Shown here: piece after piece, positions 57,601 through 64,000 of the stretch
How positions within the stretch are numbered: position 1 is the stretch's first letter
How the letters are laid out: the number at the start of each line of letters is the position of its first letter
DNA from: Oopsacas minuta
Lineage: Eukaryota; Animalia; Porifera
Direction of reading: 5' to 3'
NCBI GenBank assembly: GCA_024704765.1
Contig: JAKMXF010000023.1
Span: 1-64,000 of the forward strand
Length of the DNA stretch: 64,000 nt
Translations under genes and position numbers: made by a program
Notes under the pieces: generated by a model
Seen by the model: the letters and a program-made list of their open reading frames with translations, nothing else
Told to the model about the DNA's origin: nothing
Databases searched by the model: none

Positions 57601-60600
57601 ATAGATTATTCAGATCACCGGGAGGTAGAGTATGTGTGTAACGAGAATCAAGTTTGAATCTCTTCCCCTGCTCTAACTGATTCTCAGCTAAATCCAGCAG
57701 TCTAGCTGCCCATTGGAATGCGGGCTCAACAAGTTCAGGTAGATTACTTAACATACGGGATTGTGTAGTTGCTGGTAAGCTCACATTAGGAAGGTCTGTG
57801 TAGAGATCATTAGAATCAGAGTCATCAGGTAATGGAAGTAATAATTTGAGAGCTGCTTTCATGATCCGTGAGAATGTTCTGGCTAGGATTATACCTCCAT
57901 TGAGGGTATTTAGGGGACTTTGGATCTGAGGTTGCTGGAACAATCCGGGAATATTCTGTGGTTGATAACCAGTAAGAGTATTCTCTAGTCCATCTACTAA
58001 CCATGAGATACGAGATCCACCAGAATTATAGGGACGATTTGTTGTCTGTTGCATTACACCAACTGTTTGATTATATTCTTCTTCATCATTAGACTCCTCA
58101 TATTCATCTCTTTCTGCTACATCAGTTGTTACTGCAGGTTGATAAGTTATATCTTCATCCTCATCGGCAGAATCTGAACCAGAGCTAGCTATATCAATGA
58201 AATCATCGGGTCCCCAATGGTCACTACGCTCTCTCTTTTCTTTTGTTCTAACCTCCAGCTTTTTAACAGCTAGTTCAGAGAATGGGAGTTTTAACCCAGT
58301 CTGTGGGAGTGAAGGTAGTTCTAAAGAAGTAGTGGCTATCACCTGGACATGCTGATGATGAAATATTTGCCTTATTGTTGAAGATTGTGGTTGATTATTG
58401 ATTTGAAATGCCTTCTGCTGTTGTTCAGTGAAATTGATAGTTTGATAATGTTTCAGATTTCCTGTAATGATAGGCCAGCACAATCCCTGAGCAGCTATAA
58501 ATAGCTCCTGCACTGATAAAGAATTGAAAGCTCGTAACACACTGAATACTCTATCTCTTATAGTACTCATATTAATTTGTGTATTAGATGTAGAGGAGCC
58601 TTGTACATTATCTAACAGTTTGTCTGATACAATAGCTTTAGTGTATAGTCTTACTAAAGACTGTACAAACTTCTTAACAACAGTAATTACGTATTTGTCC
58701 TCTTCTTCAAGGGTTAGGCCTACTTTTGAGTTTGTAAACATCTGTAGAAGCAAATCAGGTTGTATCTGCTCTATCTTAGACATTATGACCTGTAGTATTG
58801 TTTTCAATACAGAGCTAGTAGAGTTAAGGATTAGCGATAAAGTAAAAGAGTCTCTCTGTGAGAAACTGGAATCTTCAGGAGGTCTGGAATTCAAAATAGC
58901 TGTAGATAGTATAGTCCATGAATTGGCTAAAATGTACAGAATAGACTCAATCTCTACAGAAATCATATCAACATGTTCTGTAGCTACTTCACTGGCATCA
59001 TTGTCAGTAGTAACTTGTGTAGTGAGATTGAATAGATTTTGAGGTTGCTGTAGAGACCTTAACATACCTATAGGTTGCATGCCTACAGGTTGCATACCTA
59101 TAGGTTGCATGCCCATAGGTTGCATACCAAAGCCTTGAAATTGTTGCTGGACAATGCTCTGTTGGATTTTAGGCTCAGCCAAGGCGGTTTTTCCAAAAGT
59201 AAACTTGTAAGTTGTATCACTGATATGATGCATATCTTCTAGGTAAGCTACTAACAAACGATCACATAGAATAGATGATAGAATATCCTCTTGACCCGCT
59301 TGTTGTTGTGGTGATAATACTTCAATCAATCTCTTCACAAGAGAAACACGTGATAACTCAGTCTGTATTTTATCATCTGGTCGTGTGGTGTAGGACTGCA
59401 CCATATCAACATTCCAACTAGCATGGAATAATTCCTGACCATAATATTGCTGTACATTTATTACAAAGTTATATTGTGACAAGCGAAGACCAGATATTTG
59501 GTTAGATTGCAGATCGCAAATAGCGTCTCTCATCTCCCTGACATCAGAAAAGGCTACTAAGAATTCAATAGAATTACTTACTGAAGCGAAAGACGGATAC
59601 TTATTATCTACCTCACATAGATATTTAAACTGGGAAATGGAATTCCGTAATGATGGTTGCGATAGGACAGTTTCCTTCGTTATTGGGTTCTCCTCACGAA
59701 TATTAGCCTCACATCTGTAAGCAGATGGGTACCGATTCTGTATATACGAAAGTAATGATCGGGGAGATATTTCTGTAGTTTGAAAACCTGAATTAGGCAG
59801 CTGTATCAATAACGTTTTCAGACCAAATTCACAATAAGGTAACGCTGAGTTGAATAGAAGAACTTGTATAGGAAGTAATTCATCATCTCCTGACTGAGCT
59901 ATAGCATCCTCGTACAGATGAGATTGCTGACGTAATGAAGCAGGATTACTTGGCATATTATCTATGTAATCTAGTAGCATAGTAGCTGATGCAAGATCTT
60001 GGTTCTTAAGAGCTAGCATGAATGGAGTGTAGCCTGATACATCTCTCTGACAAAGTAGATGATGTATGACGTCAGTTAGTGCTGGAAGAGATAAGAAGTA
60101 GTTGAGTATATTTGTTAAGGATGGTTGTAGAAAAGATTCCGTGTTTTCTGAGTACCTTTTCCAACGAATTTCTTCAAAACTGTTCGTAAAGTAAGATTTA
60201 TCAAATTTTATGCAATCTGGTGTATCTTTTAGTTTTCCAGAAACCTTTTGTGATGTATTTCTGTAGAAATTCGAATGAATACAAGTGTGTAGAATATTTT
60301 TGTTCCCGCAAGATTTTCCCAGGAAAAAAGTAGATTCTTCCAAAGTCAGATAATTTCTCTCAGATTGAGTTTCAGATAATTCCGGTGAAATTTTAGGTCT
60401 TTTAACCTGTTCATATTCCCCACTAGGAGGTGTTATAGACTTGTGTATATACTTTTCAGTTAGTTCCTTAACTAATTCTAAATTATCATCCTCAATAGCT
60501 CTAATCATTGTCTTATCCTTACCCACACACAGTAGCACAATATACTCATCACTCTTGATGAGTAGTCTACTCATAGAGATAGACTCAAATGCAGTGGGTA

Positions 60601-63600
60601 CATGACAGAACGGAGGGACTAATCTGTAGAAGGATTGTATAGGTCTAATATAACCGTGAGAGTCCAGGAGAATCTGAGTATTAGAGCAAGACGATGCTAC
60701 GAATTTAGCAGAGGGTAATTTGGTTGCTAGGAGACCAGATATGGCAGCTGGAATGCTCTCTTCATCACAAGTAGCATTGTTCCAATTTAATTTATTTTTA
60801 ACTGATCCAGAAAATACTCTAGGAGTAGATTGCTTGTTATTGGAGAGAGCTGAATCGAGTAAGAATATTTTATTATCACACAATCTCTCTAGCAGGAGGA
60901 AGGGGCCGTCTATGTGGCTAGTTAGAGAAATACATCTAAAAGAAAATATATAATTAGAGCTGAATAAAATATTTGAAGAATAAATTCTGAGACTGTAGGA
61001 TTACGATGTGCGTGGTTTTACCTTTCGTCATATCAGTGATGGTAAAATGGGACGTATTTCCCTTATTAATAATGTTTCTAAATGAATGTATATTATTTGA
61101 TTTGTTTGTTTGATTATTATAATTTACATCAAAAGGAGTATTTGTTTGATAATTTCGTACGAATATTCGCATATTCTGCGATATTCGTTTGAACTGGCTA
61201 TCCCTAAATAATTGAACACAACACTAACCTGAATCCTGTAATAACTCCAGATCCTACTAGTCTCTCTTCAGGATCTAACAAGCATGTAGGTAGTATCTGT
61301 ACTAGGCCCTGAGGAGTGTTAACAGACTCTTTATCCTCTAAACTGATATCAACTCTATCTTTGCTTCTATTTACTACTTGTAGCTTGTCAAGAGGGAATA
61401 CTTTAATACATCCTGAGGCAAATTCACTTGACTCTGTATTCTAGAATAATTCGATAAACTATATATATTAATACAATGCCTAGAGCCTCTGACTGGAGCG
61501 GAGAGGCCCGAAAATAAGCACATAGTACCCAAATATTGTGATATCTGATTATTCAATGAAATATAGATTTGTGGAGGCTCCTTGGGGCGTAGGGCCAGGC
61601 CGAATGGCCCTCCTGACCCCCTCTCAGAGGACCTGGTAAAACTCATAAATGACATAATGAAGTCCGTATTTGGATTTTCACACTTTTGAGATGTCATATG
61701 CTTGTTTTGAAAATGCAGTAAATAATACACAAAAACTTCCACTTGGTTTTATACTTTAAAGAGGAATAAATAAATTACTGGGTTCATCTAATGTTATGCA
61801 AGTACAGTGAATCTCACATGGAGGATTATTGTGATGACTATAGCAGTAGATTATTACAGGGAGAGTTTTGAGTTTGCAAAAATTTTCCAAAATTTCATCT
61901 CAACAGGAAACTTTATATTCCTTCAATACTGTGTCAGTCCTTTCCAAACAGGCTGGAACTAAGTATGCCTTCGGGTGATGTAATTATCATTTTTGAGTCT
62001 ATTTCACTCATTTTAGGTTAAAATATAAATGTCATTACGTACAGGGTTTTAGATAACCAAGATCAACACCTGTGCCCAAAATCTCACACAGGAACAGGTG
62101 AATATGCAAGGATACTTCCTAGACCCCCGTACCTAATTTTGAAATGATATACAGCCCCGTGCTAGTAATCTATATGATTAAATCTCAATTTGTGTGTGCA
62201 TGCGTCTGTCACGCTCCCATATAGAAAGCAGACAGGTTTAGTCCATAAATTCCAGAACCAAATATTATACAACATTATACTGGCGTAATGGAGTATGCTG
62301 AGCCCGTAAATGGTATTGTAAACAACATATTGTGAATATTTGGTTACTTTTGGGGATATAATTAAGCAGATTTTAAGATTGTGGTAGTATCATGTTTGCT
62401 ACGGTTAAGATTATGAGTTTATGCATTCGAGGGCTGTAGTATTAATACCGTGTAGCGTGAGCAAGCGAAGCGCGTAGTATAATATAATATCATATAGCAG
62501 GGCAGCATACGTATATGTCATGTTATTACCTGTGCAGTGTTGATGACTGCTAAACCATTATCCACAGCAATAACACGACCCAGAACCACATGATCTTCTA
62601 AACTAACAGTTTTACTCAATTCCCATCTAACCTCTTTCCCTTCACCACTCAGTAGCTTAACTTGTATGTAATCAGAGTTTGTATCTAAGGTTACCATTGT
62701 AGCAAGGATAGGATGGTAGGGTGTAGTTAGGTTAAGTAGTAGACATCCTGGGGTACAAGGTGAGGAGCTATTTAGAGACACAAATGAATTTACACTGATT
62801 GGTTCAGAGCTTTGTGATCTAGAGGATGACTTCTGTTTCTTATCAGTAGGCAGTAGACCCCACCAGAATACACGTCCCGATTTAGAGAGCAGATAGGAGG
62901 CTGTCTCTGAGACAGAGAGAGATATAATCGTGTCGCCTGATGGGAGTCTAACAGAGAGGAGAGGATGAGATAGAGTAGTTATCAGATTACTACCGGATGT
63001 ATTATCTGTATAACGTGTTATACTAGTGTCATAGAATGTAGCTACCTTCCCTGATAGAGTAGCAATAGAGACACGGAGTCTAGCAGCTGACAGACATATT
63101 ATCTCTTCCCCTGTCAGCTGGAGATCAGCTGATTTAGGGTGAAGTGATACTTCTGTCTCTTCTAGTGACCAGCTATACAACTGTCCTTTGCTAACCAATA
63201 TTATCTCTGACGTCACTATAGCCATACAAGTGAATACTTGATCGATTGGAGTCCATTCAACTTCTGAAAATAGTAACATATCATTCAGCCTCAGTCCGTT
63301 AATATCTCTTAGATTAGAATCACTAGTCTCTACTGGCATAACTGGGTTTATACTCTCAGTAGTCAGTATAGGGGGAGCCAATTGATTAGATATATTCTGT
63401 GGATTAATGGTTGGTAGTAAATGTGGGTGGAAGACAGATGTTTGTATTGGTGGAGGGAACTGAATAGCAGTAGTCTCTACTTGTTGTGAAGTAACATCTG
63501 TTTGTGGGTGTAGAGAGGAAGAGGAAGGAAATTCGTTAGTTACTTCCAACTTTATACGACCTGCTCGTCCTTGCTTGGTTAGGAGAGCAATACAGTTAGA

Positions 63601-63831
63601 ACTAATCATACATTGTTGTAACTCACTAGCAGATACAGTATTATTATCAGAGTTATCCTCCGATATAGAAATAGCGGGAGGAGAGGGAGATGAGATAGGG
63701 ATGGAGAGTTGTGATGGATTATTCTCTGTTAGAGATAGTACTAGTCTGTTTTGGAAGGCTACTAAGCTCTCTCCTGACTGGACTGGTAGTAAGTGAAGAA
63801 ATGGAGAAGTAGAATTGTATACATTCGACAT
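54633..63831 (-). CDS. UBR5: UBR5/EDD/hyd-like HECT E3 ubiquitin ligase; exons 63831-62530, 61440-61229, 60935-56582, 55433-54633 (about 2222 aa)
   Basis: UBR5-like N-terminus (FLHLLPV..QNRL); VFWWGLLP; DKLQVV; RDVSGYTPFM.A; YEHVAFILDA; ELINRWK..VF....S.EP; HECT VTFEGEQGGGAGV..FYTALANAL; LPTAATC with the catalytic Cys. Three GT-AG introns give a continuous frame of 6669 nt. Confidence 0.88.
56151..56312. repeat. Inverted-repeat MITE-like element in a UBR5 intron
   Basis: About 36-bp inverted repeat tatacatagctcagctatactatagtacagtttttg vs caaaaaactgtactatactatagttgagctatatata. Confidence 0.75.
62169..62477 (+). mobile_element. Helitron-like non-autonomous family B-related copy in UBR5 intron 1
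   Basis: A|TCTATATGATTAAATCTCAATTTG start; ends ...GCAAGCGAAGCGCGTAG|T; similar to the 31678 copy. Confidence 0.65.
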
Positions 63832-64000
63832 TATAATGAAGCTAACAATAATTTGGGATTTGTAATTTAGAAAGGAACGAACACGTGTACAAGAAGAAAG
63901 TTTAATTAAATGTTTCCTGCTCGGGCGCTCATTTAGCCTTAGAAATCACCGAATATTGTAGAATGACGCAGGCGAGACACACCGGTCTGGCTAATTTCCT

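Noticed and set aside
61374-61742. 122-aa minus-strand ORF within UBR5
   Set aside because: Mostly intronic repeat sequence and out of frame with the real exon 2 (61440-61229).

Overview
AT-rich, intron-poor animal genomic DNA, not prokaryotic: it has GT-AG introns and animal-type genes. An early-branching metazoan such as a glass sponge is my guess from gene content and style, not something the sequence proves. Conserved genes: DDX24/Mak5 helicase (3 exons), RNF212/Zip3 RING, MATE/SLC47 transporter, CLN3/battenin and a 4-exon UBR5/hyd HECT ligase. Between them lie lineage-specific genes with an innate-immune flavour: an apolipoprotein-L-like ORF, a CD225/dispanin protein, an orphan multi-TM protein, a 2-exon TRAF, a membrane-anchored septin-like GTPase, a tandem pair of double-domain GIMAP/AIG1-like probable pseudo-GTPases, and decayed NHL/beta-propeller genes. 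Transposon content is dense: an intact DD37E Tc1/mariner element plus a dead relative, two non-autonomous Helitron-like families (one carrying a microsatellite), remnants of Gypsy, hAT/Buster, Harbinger and probable Chapaev elements, and several MITEs with visible TIRs and TSDs. Strongest leads: (1) a UBR5 that appears to lack its UBA, UBR-box and MLLE modules; (2) the GIMAP-like pseudo-GTPase pair; (3) the ApoL-like protein; (4) the septin-like GTPase. No rRNA, tRNA or CRISPR array was recognised. All family calls come from motif recognition by eye; no searches were run.
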